The notes below the pieces were generated by a model. It was not told the DNA's origin. It worked only from the letters and a program-made list of their open reading frames with translations, and searched no databases. Shown here piece after piece: positions 38,321 through 52,670 of a stretch of DNA of 64,000 nt. The stretch comes from the human T2T-CHM13v2.0 reference genome, Homo sapiens. The translations under genes were made by a program, and so were the position numbers. The DNA lies in the NCBI RefSeq assembly GCF_009914755.1, contig NC_060926.1. One strand, written 5' to 3'. The number at the start of each line of letters is the position of its first letter. The first letter of the stretch is position 1.

Positions 38321-39594
38321 CTCCTCCCTAAAAGCAAAGCTCTTCTTGTGTGCATATATTTTAGTCATACCAATTGCCTTTTTTAGTTTTTATGGTTCAG
38401 ATACATGTGAAGATCAATGTGAATTAATTGTTATATTCCCCACTTTCAAAATTATCTTCCCTACTATTCAAAATAGTAAGCTGCACAGTAAGCTGACCAA
38501 AGGCAGCTTAGTATTTTATAGTCAATGTAATAAAATAAATAGCTTTCTAAAACTCAGAGCAAAGGAAACATAGAAAATAGATGAGACCCCAGTGAAAGTT
38601 AATACCATGACATCTTCTAAGCTTACTGAACTTGAACTTTTCATTTCCTGGTAGTCAAAGCAAAAAAGGGAAATGTGATCAGTTACATTATTTTTGCATA
38701 TAAGACCAAAGTGCATTGCTCAAAAGAAGCAAAGTTTTCTTTGCCAATTAGATTTCAAAGAGATTTCTCCTGTGAGACTGACTATGTGAAGGGTGTCATC
38801 ATGACAACACCTCCCAAAACTTAGTAATGCATTTTAGATAGCTAATTCTCATGTTACTAAGTGGAAGCAGCGGACATAACACCAAAGCACAGTTTAGGAA
38901 AAGCGAATCTATAAGGATTTAGATTTAGGAAAAGCAAATCTATAAGAGGTATAAGTAAGTGGCTGTCACCCTTGGCTGTCTGTTAGAACCAGTGCAGAAT
39001 TCCCTTAGAATCTATAGGGTTGGGGAAGGGGAACAAGGTTTCGGCTCCGTAGGTGCCTAGTATACATCTAGGGATGAGAACCATAGGTACAAGTGCTGAG
39101 CTTATTGATGGTTTGACTCAATTAAAGAGTACAAGGAACAGATAGATTGCATATTTCCTTCAGGTGCCTTGTAGTTCTGTGAAAGTTTTTTGTGTTCATT
39201 TATTTGTTTTCTGTTTTCTCATAAATGGGCTTTGAATTAAAGGTGGTCTTCAGATAATTGGAGGTTTTATTCTCTGGTAAGGGCTTAGAGTACACAATTT
39301 CCACTGCCAATAAAAGATCCTTAATTTTAAAATTCATTAATAGATTGGTCTGCCTTCATTTTATGAAAATTTAGGAAGCAAACCTAGACTTGTTTGAATA
39401 GATGGCCCCTCATCTCTACAGAGATTTCTACAGAGATTAGGGGCCATAAGTCATATGATAAATAGAAAGTTCTCCAGACTGGAACTGATTTATGATAATG
39501 ATTCCCAGTCTTTGGGCCTCGGGAGTTATTGTAGGGATTGCTGTTTTCTCAATCAGTAGGTATTTGAAGTACACATATTTGAAGAGAACAGTCA

Positions 39595-39629
39595 TATGTG
39601 AGTGAGTGTGTGTGTGTGTATGTGTGTGT
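39595..39629 (+). repeat. Imperfect (TG)n
   Basis: atgtgagtgagtgtgtgtgtgtgtatgtgtgtgt. Confidence 0.8.
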
Positions 39630-40571
39630 TTTAACCTTTAAGCAATAAAGCTAGAACTACTAGTCTAGAATAGTTTTAGAAATTGGCATTTCCTATTTGA
39701 CAATTTATAAAAATTTTAGGGATGTCTTCCTTTAGCAGGTGTTTAGCACTAAAATCTTTGGAGACATGTGCCTTCATTCCAAATCTCTGTAGATTTTCTT
39801 CTCTGTCAGCAAGCCTACCATTGGCATATAGAAAGCTCCAGTGAGGGTCCTCTGGCATCATCCTAGGACTTGTCACTGAGTTGATTGGATGTGACAGCAT
39901 GTCAGATTTCAGTGGCAAGAATGGCATGGAGGTGAGCAGAGGGTTGTCACTGTAGCTTTTCTAGGCAGTCTTCTAGCAATTTAATTTAGGAAGATTTAAC
40001 GTGTGGAGTCTTTGAAGATGTATTCATTGATCCAGGAAAATTTTGAGTGCCGCACCTCTGCAGGTTTCGGTGATTTTGTTGGTGCAGAAAACTTGTTCTC
40101 AACATAAATTCGGAACACTGAAAGTAATCCTTCTTTGGAGGAGGACGTATTTGATTTGCGGAGGCCGAAGGGGACTGTGATAGGTAGCTCTTGGTAGCTT
40201 TAGCAAGCCATGATGGAGGGAGAGCCTTGGACTTGAGTATCTGGAGAGCAGGTGCAGCGTCGTTTTTATTTTTGCATCCTGTCCAATGCTGGGCACAGTT
40301 GTTGGCAGATTGTAGGCACTGGATACATCCGCTATAGAACTCAAGAAGGAAATGAGGATAAAAGTGATACTTGTTCAAAGGGGACCTAGAGAACTGACCA
40401 ACAGTTTTTGGAGACGAAAGGGCATATCAGCTGGAGACTGTAAGCAAGGTAGGAGGGATAGGAGCAGCATATTCTCATTAGCCAGCTCTGAAGAAGGCTG
40501 TAATTGCCTTTGCTCCTTAGTTCAAGAACTAGCAAGGGCCTGCAATGTTACTAGTGCAAATGTAATCACAC

Positions 40572-40743
40572 TTTTTTAAATTTTATTATTATTATACCTT
40601 AAGTTGTAGGGTACATGTGCACAACGTGCAGGTTTGTTACATATGTATACATGCACTATGTTGATGTGCTCCACCCATTAACTTGTCATTTAGCGTTAGG
40701 TATATCTCCTAATGCTGTCCCTCCCCCTTCCCTCCACCCCACA
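40572..40743 (-). mobile_element. 5'-truncated L1PA 3' end (about 170 bp)
   Basis: ttattattataccttaagttgtagggtacatgtgcacaacgtgcaggtttgttacatatgtatacatg...ttaggtatatctcctaatgctgtccctccccc is the reverse of the primate L1 3'UTR. Confidence 0.92.
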
Positions 40744-43700
40744 TTTTGACTTTTAAAAGGAGATTTTAGGTGACTGTTTGCCTGTGTCTTCACATTGAAT
40801 TTATACAGACCAGCATTAGAGAGAATTGCTGAATCCAAATAACCCAAATGAAAAATTTTAACTAGAGTATAAAATAGAGCCTCACTCCTCTTTAACTTAA
40901 TTCTTCGAGTATTTTAAACCCACAGAGCTCTTTGTAAGCATATGAATGTGCACTTATATATGTCTACTGAAATAACATTTTATTTCATTTCCTCTTTGTT
41001 ATTTGTAAATAGTTGGCAAGCAAACATAGACTTTGAAAATGCCATACATTAATTTTATTTCTTTTTTTGCATGAATATGAGAAAAGGTGATGTTAGGATT
41101 AATTACACCAGTTTTTTTCTGAGCATATACCATGTGTTGCACTGTGCTAGGCACTAGATGGTGAGTCTTAATTCCCACTCTCAAAAGAAACTGTAAACAA
41201 AAAAAGTCTCCCAAACTTAAAACACAACATATTACACACCATATTACAAGGCTGTAATAGATGTAGAAATAGGATTTTATAGGTGTACAGGCAAGGGACT
41301 CCTAGAGCGAGCTGAGAGGCAGGGAGTTCCAGGGAAATGAGCCAGGAAAAACAGCAGGGCCAGCTCTAGAGGAGGGCCTTGCTTGCTTTGTAATCTGTAG
41401 CACATCAGTGAGAAATCAAGCTTTTAGGATTTGATTCTGTATGAGTGTATCTTGCTTGGTTTTGACCTCTCTGGGTAACCAGAAATCAGTCTGAGTATAT
41501 AGAAATGGAGCTTTCATATTGAAGGTACAAGCTTGTATCAAGCTTATATTTTGTAATAAAAATATGTGTACTATGTAGAGCTCCCAAGGACCTGATGCCT
41601 GTCTCCAGATTACCCTGAAGCAGTCTCTGTTCCGATCCAAGGTCTCTCGCTTCTACCCAGCTGTTCTGGGAGGATTGTCTCTAGTCTTTTATCAGATAAC
41701 TTTAAGCCCCTGCAGATACGTAGTAATAAATACCAACTTCCTGCTTGCAGATCCAAGTGTTTGCTTCTCTCAAAAAATATATATGTAATCTGTGTGTGAT
41801 ATTTCAACATAGTCATTTTCTTGTAGCCACTTCTGAGATGTATTGACATGACTTAAAACACTTGAAGCAGTATTTGAGTGCTGTGCATTTGGATGTGTTC
41901 TGAAGCAGCACTGTCTGTGTGATGGAAGCATGCAAGAGTTGTTTGAAACCCTTTGTGTCAGGGCACTTTCTGTGTACCAATGTTAAATCTTCCTCTAGCA
42001 GTCACATAGCTTAAAGCATGGCTGTTTAGTCACTCCCTGCCTAAAGTCCAGGGCCAGGCTCTGACTGGATTGGTGGAGAGCATAGCAAGCTTGTAAACTG
42101 ATGAGGGAGGGAGTGGCCTCTTTGCATTTTAGGCTAACTCCAGTAAGGAAGAGGAGGGCTGCAGGGAAGAGAGCCTGCAGGCCGAGTGGTATATGATATT
42201 TTTGCTTTACCCATTCTTGTGTGACTACTTTGAAGTCATTTTGTTATGCAGACACTTTAGCACTGAAAACACCATAAACATAAGCAATCTCAAATAATGT
42301 GCAGAACAGACTTGGCATCTTGAGCTTCCTTATTGTTGAAACCCTTTACTTAGAGTGGCAACCAGGACAGGGGTAAGGGAGGGAATGGGAGTGGAAACCA
42401 TCTGGAAGACACACTCACATAAGCCCTACTATGTTGACCATACACAGTCCTCTCAGAGAAAGCTGTCAGTCACTCTAGGCCTGGAGCCTGCTCAGTCTCT
42501 GACGGGGCTTCTCTCTCCATGGTCTGAATCATCGTCCTCTGATGTCCTTTTGAGTCACTGATTTTCTTTTTAAAATTAAGACATGGATTTGGCTAAGTCA
42601 TGATGGAACTTACTTGTTTTCTATTTGAAAGTCTAGAGGAAGGGTTTCCACATTTTATCTCTGTTACAAATTTGCAAACCTTGTTTGAATAGGTACATCA
42701 TAAACCCTGGGTATGGCAGGATGTTGAGCCTCCGGACCACATTAGGATCATGTCAGTCAAGACTGCCCCCAAAATCCTTGGAACTGCTGCTAAGACATCT
42801 ATCTCTCTGGTGCCTAAGCAAAATAAATGCATTATACTTATAATCAGAGTACTCCTTTGAACCATAGTTTTGGGGGACAGAACTGATACAATTTTGCTTT
42901 GAGTTCTAACAAATTTCTTACAGAAATGTTTAAATGTATGAAGTTAAATCTGGCTACAAGGGGGACAAGATTAGGAATGGAGAAGGAGTCATGGTAATGA
43001 AAAAAACTACATTTTTTGACAGCATTGTATCAAGATGGCTTGTGAAAATGTCTTGCTTAGATATAGAAATCCCCATTAAGAGGTTCCTGAAAGCCAAAAA
43101 TGAGAGACTCCTCTAAGACAATGGCAAGCTGGTGATGGTAAGGAAAGGGTGACTTTGGAAGGTATTGGGTGGCTGGATGAAAGAAGAAAAGCAAAATTTT
43201 AATCACAAAAACTTTTTTCTGGTCTTAGTATTCCTCTCATGCTTTGGGGAAAGGTTTTGTTGTTGTTTTCAACAGGCAACACGGACCAGATGACTTGTCC
43301 TCACATCACTAAATTATTTTCTAGTTAGATAGTACATGATTTCTGTAAACTGAGCTCCTGAGGGTAGGGACAGTATCCTTTGTATGCCTCTGCCTGACAC
43401 TCTCCTGACACATAAAATGTTTATTGAATTAAGGAGTACTGAATTATCTTAAAATTATTCCCAGAATGCTTCCTTCTTTACAGTATCATGATATGAATTT
43501 AGCTATTAACAAGGAAGACTCTTATTATTCTTATTTTTATTATTTTGCCAATTCACTTTTCTTTCTGCACAATAATATATGCAAGCTCAGACATTTCATG
43601 GTATATACACAGTGGTCTGTGTGTATGTATGTGCAAGTATCTGTCTATATTCAGGCATCTCATTAATATTGGTAGATTTAATTGAATTTTGCAGCCACTC

Positions 43701-45869
43701 CATGAAATGGCTACAGATTTGGTTTTCCTAAACATGAATAGATTGATGACCTTGATTCTGTAAGGCACACCCACAGATTCGGCCCCCACATACCTTTTAG
43801 TCTTGTATTGAGCACCTGCTGCATTTCAGACCAAGGGTACTTTATAGACATCCTCTGCACAGCCCTGTGAGGCTTCAAGCACAAACCAAAGCTTGAAGAA
43901 GTTGATAGCCTTTTACCGCTGCCCATTTTCTCTCCTTTATGCATTAAAAAAAAAAATCAGACAGTATGTACTTGGGGTTCCAGTTCAAATGGCATCTCTG
44001 CCTATTGCCTTCTGTGATAACCTGAGCCAGATCTCTGCACTTCCACAGTATATGGTGCTATTCAGGTCCCCAGCACAGTGCTTTCTAGGGCAGATGGGGC
44101 ACTGGGGGCTGTCAGAGTTAGAGGAGAGTGTTTTACATTTGACTCTTGTAAACATGAAAGCTTCACTTAACCAAGCAGTCTAACTGTTTGGGATGTGGAT
44201 ATGACGTACTTTAGATCAGAATGTGTTTCTAAGTTAAAGAAAAAGTGGCATATGAGGTGCTGCTTTTTAAGGCTTTAAATCAGTAGGGAACATCTGTCTG
44301 TAAAAAATCAGCAGAAACCATTCTTTTTAATAAGTGCAACATTAAATTTAGCATTAAGTTGTAAAGGTGATTAGCAAGGTCTGTAGAGTAACTTCTCTTG
44401 GGATAGGTGTTTCCATGATTTATTTGCCTGTAACAAAGTCATAAAAATCGATCATGAAATTAATTGAAATAAGCCATTTTTGCCAAAAAGTTTGGAAACA
44501 TTTGTGTTGGGAATTTGTTTAAAGTGAGCCAGAAAGTCTATTCTTGTAGACCATAGCTGTGTAATTCTTTTAAAAAGAGTTGGGTATTAAAAGGTGATTG
44601 TTAGAATTCTTTTGTTAAAAGAGATAGTAAAAATGCTTTAAGAGCTTATTGAATTTGAATTAAGATCCCCAATTGCATATTTGTTCTTTTCTCCAAATCA
44701 ATGTGTTTGGTTAATTTCTGGACAGGGGAAATAGCATAATTTCCTCCCTGCTGTCTGCTTCCTCCCAGCCTCTTTCCTTGCATATGCGTTGGGGTTCAGA
44801 TTTTGCAGCTTTCCATGACATGCGTCTCTCAGTAAAAGTCATCTTTTCCTTTTCTGAATATCTTTAGGAGTTTACAGATATGTTTATTACCTTCTCCTAC
44901 CCCCTTTTTATGGGGGAACTTAGATGTCTTTCTTGTTAGATTTTAAGCTTCTAGATGACAGATTCTCTTAATCATCATCCTCAGAGCCCTCACAGTGAGT
45001 ACAACGCCTCTTACCTCATGAGTATCCATGAAATCCTTTGGGAGCCCTGCTCTTCTGGATGACCTCACCCCTGCTTCCACATACTCTTCCATTTCAGTTA
45101 TTAAGGGATTAAATCAAGGCAGTGGAAGCCATTCATGCTTCATTAATTTGTGAGATAACAGCCTGCAGTAGCAAGGGCAGATAAAGAAGTAGAATTAGCC
45201 TTTTTGCTTTTGACCTCTTGCCAAACCCCAACAGGATGCTCCGCTATGGGGAACTTTCCCCCCTGTGGTGGTTTCATGCCTAGGGCATTTCTAGGTACTG
45301 TTTTCTTTGAAGCAAGTTTCAGAAGGAAGTCCTCAGCAGCACAAGGGATTGCTACTAAATTCCAAAGAGCGGCTTCCAGGCCCTCAAGACAGATGTTTCC
45401 TTCTCTCTGCTTTTATATCTTAAGTTCAGTCCTTTTCCTTCCTGGGATAATTTAGTCTCTCTAAATCCCTTATCTGCTTCCTAATGTGTGTCTCCAATAC
45501 CTGGCTTCTGCAATCCACCTTTGAAAAAGAGTCACTCTTTGGCCCAGTTCACATTCTTACCAGTCCAATAGAAGGAAAGGTGCTTATTTTGTTGAGTAAC
45601 TCTTAGCAAGCTGGTCCTGGGCGGGGCAGACTTGAGGATGTCCATTATGATTTGATAATGGTCAGGCCTCCAGGCTAGAAAAAATTTTGGGGTGTCCCTA
45701 AGCTTCTTTGTCACAAGGATTACAAATAAGAGTTCTAAAATCTTGAAAGAAAACTACCCCTTGTGTTTTAGATTATTTTCTGTAACTAGGATGTGAACTC
45801 CTGAAATAATGAGCTTTGCTTATTTATTCTAATGCTGAAGTAGGAGAGTTTCTTGTCCAATTATGTGGG

Positions 45870-46509
45870 TGTTACAGGAAAGGGGTCCCAATCCAGACCC
45901 CAAGAGAGAGGGTTCTTGGATCTTGTGCAAGAAAGAATTTGGGGTGAGACCACAGAGTAAAGTGACAAACAAGTTTATTAGAGAATCAGAGGAACAAAAG
46001 AATGGCTACTCTATAGACAGAGAAGCCCCAAGGGCTGCTGGTTAGCTTTTTTCGTGGTTATTTCTTGATCATGTGCTAAACAAGGGGTGGATTATTCTTG
46101 AGTTTTCCAGGAAAGGGGTGGGCAAGTCCTGGAACTGAGGGTTCCTCCCCTTTTTAGGCCATGTAGGGTAACTTCCAGATGTTGCCATAGCATTTGTAGA
46201 TTGTCATGGTGCTGGTGGGAGTAGCTTTTAGCATGCTAATGCATTATAATTAGTGTGTAATGAGCAGTAAGGAGGACCAGAGGTCTCTTTCATTGCCATC
46301 TTGGTTTTGGTGAGTTTTGGCTGGCTTTTTTTTAACCACATACTATTTTATCAGCAGGGTCTTTATGACTTGTATCTTGTGCTGACCTCTTATCTCATCC
46401 AGTGACTAAGAATGCCTGACCTCTTGGGAATGCAGCCCAATAGGTCCCAGCTTTATTTTACCCAGTCCCTATTCAAGATGGAGTTGCTCTGTTTTGAAGG
46501 TGTCTTACA
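45870..46509 (-). mobile_element. MER41B-type ERV1 solo LTR with one intact and one degenerate GAS motif
   Basis: tgttacaggaaaggggtcccaatccagaccccaagagagag...attcaagatggagttgctctg. TTCCAGGAA at 46105-46113 and GTCCTGGAA at 46126-46134. Confidence 0.9.
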
Positions 46510-47184
46510 CAGGGATTTCTAGTTTTTAAAACATCGTAACACATGTGAACCATTTTATATACACATAACATTCAGATAGTATGATTTTCTTCCTTAGTGG
46601 TTACATTTGACTGCCAGGATTAAAGTATATTTTTGAGTGACCCATTTTAAAAAATGTGAAACGTGGTATATGTTGAGGCTGACCTAAGTAATCTATGAAA
46701 TTTCACAAAAATATTGTGAGATCTGTGTTTTGAAAACAAGTATGATTCTAAAGGAAGAAGAAACTAAAATGCATATTCATCATATCTTATTTTAAAGCCT
46801 GACTTTCAAGCTTTATTTGATGGTTTACTGTTGTCATTCTAAAACAGATGTCATCTTCAAATGACTTATCTTGATGATATTATTTTTGTTTTGTAGCCAG
46901 TAAAAACAATCCTTTTCCGGTTATGTAGCCAAAGGAAAGCAACATGGCCACTTATGTTTAGGATATAAGAATGTAAATGAAATTAGAAAATTACATGTTG
47001 ATAAAACAGTCTTGGAAAAAAAATGATTGTAGCTCATTTTCTAAGATAATTTTCACCTGCATTCTGCCATCTGTCATGCTATGGCATAGCATCTTTGTTA
47101 TATTGGGATGGCAACTAGGGACTTCTTTGAGATTAGATGTATAAAAATAAAAGTGCAGTGCCTTAAAAAAAATAAGTTGTTGTT

Positions 47185-47640
47185 GTATGGTATGTCTTTT
47201 TCTATTTTATTTCCTTTCAACCTATCTATGATTTTATATTTTAAATGTCATTCCTGTAGGCACATATAGTTGACTCTTGTTTTTATATTCATTCTTACAT
47301 TCTCTGCCTTTTAATTGCAGTATTTTGTCCACTGACATTTAATGTAATATTCGACATGGTTGGATTTAATTTGTCATTCAATTATTTATTTCTGTTTCTT
47401 CCCTCTTTTTTTTCTTTGTTTTTTGTTTCCCTATTCTTGGCTTCTTTTGGATTATTTGAATTTTTTATTCGTATAATTCCATTTACTTTTTAGTTATTTT
47501 GGCTATAGTTCTTCATGGGTTGTCCTAGGGATTATAATATACCTTAACTTTTTAGAATCCATATAGAGTTAACATTGTCCCACTTTATGTGAAATGTAGA
47601 AACCTTCCAACCATTTAGGTATATTTACCATCCATCTCCT
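47185..47640 (-). mobile_element. Old L1M internal fragment
   Basis: tttcaacctatctatg..tcctgtaggcacatatagttgactcttgtttttatattcattctt..ctctgccttttaattg..cactgacatttaatgtaatatt is typical of antisense L1M around the ORF1/ORF2 boundary. Confidence 0.7.
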
Positions 47641-49862
47641 CCCAGTCCCATCTGTTATGTTTGTTTTCACATTGTTTTCTTTTTACTGCATAGTGCACAC
47701 TTTGCCCATTGTCATTTATTTTGAAAGGCTTTTCTACCTTTTCTTGCCCTGAAGCTTGGACTATTTAGGAATGTTTACCAGTGTTGTGGCTAGCAGGGGT
47801 AACTGTAATGTGTACATAAATTAAATTACCATGCTTATACTGGCACAGGACAAGACTGCAGTGAAGCCTTCCAGGATAAAGGTACAAATAACTATAAAGA
47901 CTTATTTTCCCTAAAGTTTTACCTTAAGATGTGATAAGATGAATGTCTGGTGGAAGGGCATAACACTAACTTGACAATGATATCAAAATGTCAACTTGGG
48001 GATATTTTCCAATTGGGCAAATGTTTCTGAATTAAGAATATGAGACAATTATAGATATAAAGATATAAGGAAGGCCAACGTAGTGCCTCTCCTTAAGAAA
48101 ACTCAAGGTTTCCATGCAAAACACACCATACATAATTCCCTTTCTCCTTTTCCTTCTCTTCCATGTCCTTGTGGACCACCTCAATCCTGATTGGGCTTAG
48201 CGTGAAGTTAGAATTGGGGAAGCACATGGAGGTTAGGCATTTTTAAAAAACACTTTTTTGGGGGTTAGTTTAGAAACACCCAGTTTTAGGACTAAACCAG
48301 AGCTAGTAAGGAAAAGAAATAGTGGAGACTTGTATATCTCAATTGTAGATGGGAATTTTGAGACTGAGCTATTTTGAGAGGTTTGAATTCCAAAGGAGAA
48401 TTTCCTGGTGTTATTTGAAAGTACTCTAGGGCTCAAGATTAAATGAAAAGGAATAATACCATTTTGAGAGCTTTTGAAGAAAATGACTTGAAATAAGAAG
48501 GTAGAAACAGTTATCTAAGTTCAGGTAAGTTTCCTGAGACAAATTTAGTTCTGTTAAACACTTTGGCTAATGGAGAGGTCCAACTACCAGTTCTCAGAAT
48601 GGATTAGATTGTCTTTGGAGAATGATTTCTCAAGCAACTCTATAGGGAAGAGCTGGAGAGGCTGAAACATGGGGCCATGTTTGAAAGAACATAAGCTTTG
48701 GATGTATTTCGGTGTCACAGACATCTTTTCTGCTTTGCACTTGAGGTGAAACAAACCTAGGAAGGAAATGGCAGGGTAGAGAACATGGAGCTTTGGGAAA
48801 AGAAGCCCTGCCATTGTGTCTGATGGCCATGAAAGCAGAACCACTCTGACGAACACTCTGAACAGAAATAAGATGGGAGAGGAACAAAAATACCAGCTAG
48901 ACAATTGTGAACATGCAACCCAGCATTCCACCGTGACAGAAAATAACAGATGAGCCCCAAACCAAACTTCTAAAACCTAAAAGTGATAGATACAGCTGTC
49001 TGGAAACATACTTAGTGCTAGGGAAAGTTTGGCTCTCAAAGAACAGCCGTGTAGCTGATCTGGAAATGAAGGGGAGATGGCCTTTAAACATCGGGCTGAC
49101 CCTATTCTTAGAGCTCAACTAGAGGACAGAAGAAGAGGATAAAACCATGCCCTTAATGTGGTAGGACTAAAACTGTGTTTACTCCCTTACGCTATCGTCA
49201 TTATATTATAATTAACCATTCATTTCTCTGTGTGGTAAATAACAATGCTGACACGGTCACAAAATAATGTGAAGCATATGGGTCACAACCGTTTTTAACT
49301 AAAGACTTCTCTAAAGATTTATTTAGGTTCCTTAATTACAGAGTGGCTTGGAAGACTGGCATGTGGTTTCAGTTTATAGTTATAAATGTTGGAGCTGATG
49401 ATGGGTACGTGCTCTTATTGCCAGAGAGGGAGAGGAACAAGATTGGGAGGGGGTTTGTGTTCTTTGGGGCCCTCCCTTTTGCCCCCACCCCTTGTTTTTT
49501 TAAAGAAATTGAAGATCTGTGTTTATAAGAAATAAGTCTGATGACATTTATACTGTCCTTGAGATGGGTATGCCAGTAGTTACAAGCAAATTTTTCCAGT
49601 GCTTAAGTACTTTAATTGGTAAATTTTCACGTCACTTTGAACTCAGTGGCTCTCTAGAATCCTGAAAGAATAAATCCCTTTTAGCCTTTGTCTTCTATTA
49701 AAATTATACTCTCTGTTAGATGAATGAGACCCTGTCTTTGAGGACAGCAGTTAAGTATTTCAGCCTGGATAGAGAAGAAAAAAATAAGTATTCAACTTAG
49801 GTTCTTTGAGTTAAAATGAACTCACAACAGGGTGATTTGGTGATCTTCCAAAGCCTTGTGTT

Positions 49863-49864
49863 TG

Positions 49865-49922
<58 letters not shown>

Positions 49923-49923
49923 C
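49863..49923 (+). repeat. (TA)n(TG)23(CG)3 compound microsatellite
   Basis: Uninterrupted purine/pyrimidine alternation. TG runs 49871-49916, followed by cgcgcg. Confidence 0.95.
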
Positions 49924-50499
49924 CATATATGTTACTCATTTTTGAAGTAATTTTGCATTATTTTGGAACCAGTGGTAAATATAATGCAAAGTTGTAGCCC
50001 TAGGAGCATGGGAAAAAGGTCTGTATTCAACAATACATGAAGAATTCAGTGAGTACGTATTATATATTGGAAAACTTCTTTTGTATTTACTGTAATGTGT
50101 TTTCCTGCATTTCTTGCCAATGATGATAATGAAAGTGGCATCTCAAAATATTATCTGAACATTGGAGGAGCAGAAGGGGAGGAAGGCTCATAAAAAAATC
50201 TAAGCAATGCTTTCCTTTCCTACATGAAGGTCATAGAAGAAATGAATTTCCCATTGTTTATCATTCTTCATGGAGCTCACTCCAGTAGGGACTTTGCCAC
50301 TGCTTCGAGAGCATCCACTCATTCATCCATCCCTTCATTTATGACTTGGTATTGGTTACATTTCATGTTTATGTCTCTGTGGCATAAACATGGCATAAAG
50401 ATTAATTAGAAAGGCTCTGCCCTAGAGGAGTTTGTATTCTGGTAGGGAATAAGAAGGTGTGTACATAACTAATTATAACACACAAAGATTTTCTGACAT

Positions 50500-51340
50500 T
50501 TATTCAGGGCTTTATAAATTTCAAAGTGCTTGTATGCACTTTTATTTGATCTTCTAAAGTATGTGGCTACATTCTCCATGTTGGAGATGAAGACACTGAA
50601 GTTCAGCCATGGTAATGACTTGCTTGAAGTCAAGTAGGTGTTGAGATACATCTATAGGGCCCAGGGAATTGCATCTGAGATGTTTTCTGCCTCTGTGTTC
50701 ATTGTTTTCCACTATCCCCATTATGCAATGGTGCACAGACTGGGGAATCAGAATGTGAGAGAAGGCTAAGGCCACAAGCAGCTGTGAAGCTTGAGCAAGG
50801 CTTTGGTTGTGTAGAGAATGGTTGAAAGGCCTTTGAGAGACAGAGATCAGTGCACATTGTTCAAAGGAACAAGCTAGAACAAGCTGTTATTCAAAAAAGA
50901 CCCTGGTGTCAGGATCTTTTTATTACTTTTTTTCTGTCTGTCGTTTTATTCATACATTCATTCAACAAATGCACTTAGAGTATACAGTACTTATTATATG
51001 CAAGGCAGCAGACTCACTGATATGAAGGTTACAAAATAAGACTAGGGGTGGCTATCCTTGAGGATCTCACAGTAGTTCAGCTGGAAGGTAAGATATGCTG
51101 GCAAATAATTGTAGGAGAACATGATGAGAGAGGGAAGAATGTGATTCACAGTATTTCTGGGTTCAAGTTATGACTCTTCTGAGAATGGGATCATGGGCTT
51201 CTCATGTCATCTCTTAAGACCATGTTTCTTTAAGGAGGCTAGCATTTAATTTGCAGGTCTGTGTTGAAGATTAAGTCCAATTGTGAATCCTAGGACACTT
51301 TACTGGGCTCCTGGCACATCAAAGGTGTTCAGTAAATTGT
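50500..51340. mobile_element. Cluster of MIR and L2 fragments
   Basis: Reverse MIR core at about 50520-50700, L2 3' end attcattcaacaaatgcac at about 50955-51130, and MIR gggttcaagt...catcaaaggtgttcagtaaat at about 51155-51340. Confidence 0.5.
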
Positions 51341-52670
51341 CATTATTTATGGTTCCGTATGCCTTTGGAAGAAAAGCCAAAGTCCTTGACTGGTGTGAAC
51401 AGCTCTCTGTGATCTACTTGGCCAAATATACACTCTTCCTGTATCCCAGTCTTTCACCAGTCTCCTGGCTGCAGACTGGTTGCTCTCTGCACCCTTGTCA
51501 CCCTGTGGTCTATGCAAAATGCAAAGGTGCTTTATCCCAGTGGTCAGTCGCAGGCGTTAGCTCTGGCCCTGCTGTGTCACACTGGCAGTGGACCTCAGCA
51601 AGTTATGCCTTTGCTTTGTGCTGGTCTTGTTGTGAGATTTAAAATGACTAAACGTAAAGAGCTTGGAGGCAGTTCTGGTACATGGTAAATTGGATATTAT
51701 TAATTCCAATTACTGTCTTATCCATCCTGCACTGAAGCTTCCTATCAGCTCTTTTGTTTTTCATTTGGAACCTGCCTATCTCTCTCCGCAGCTCATCTCT
51801 TATCCTCTCTTCATTATGCTTTGCTTTGCCTTCCAGCTACATCGAACTGCACATAATCCTTCACCCCACCTCCATGATGTTTTGGCCTTTATTTTTGTCT
51901 AAAAGACATTTGTCTTGCTCATTCATTCTTTAGGACTGAGTTTTCCACCTCTTGAGTTTCTCTGAGTCCATTCTCCACCCCTTTGAGGTTTGTCTTGTTC
52001 TGCCATGTTTTGCACATACCTTTATCATTGGGCTTAATGTATTGGCTCCATTTTCTCTTTCTCTTTCTCTCCTCCTTTTGACGGAGAACTCCTGAAAGAA
52101 GGGGTCAAGCATTAATTGTCTCTACACTCCAGCTTTTTCTTGACACATAGTAGACTCTCAACAAATACTTGTTAATAAATGAAGTGAGGACTTTACCTAT
52201 TTTAAATACATTGTCTTATTGTCAGAATCATTTTTTCAATTAGCTAGAAGGGGCAAAATTTACTTTAGTAAATTTTGAAGTGGGGAAGAGCAACAGGACC
52301 ACTGCTCTGGCCTTACTTGATAGAGGCCCTTTGTCATCCTAAGGCAGGGTTAGAATTTTGGGAGGCTTGGGCTGGACAAAAACCCTGGCAAACCCAATTT
52401 TGCCTCTGATGGATCTTAGAGTTGCAGTCATTTGTTTGTAAAGGCAGTAGTTCTGTATTTAAGTTATTGTAGTAACATCAGCTATTTGGTATTTGATAAT
52501 ATTTTTCAAATGTTTGAAAAGATTTTTTTCCCTCATATTGAAACTTCAGTGTATGGTCCTGAAAAATCTCAACGTTATCCAATTTTAGACATGTGGTGTA
52601 ACATTTTCTCCTTGTTTGTCTGAGTTACCTGGATTTTAGTTTAACAACCCATAAATGTAGCTTGCTGGGT

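Noticed and set aside
48522-48530. Perfect donor CAGGTAAGT
   Set aside because: No convincing upstream acceptor or myosin-coding frame. Isolated consensus donors are common.
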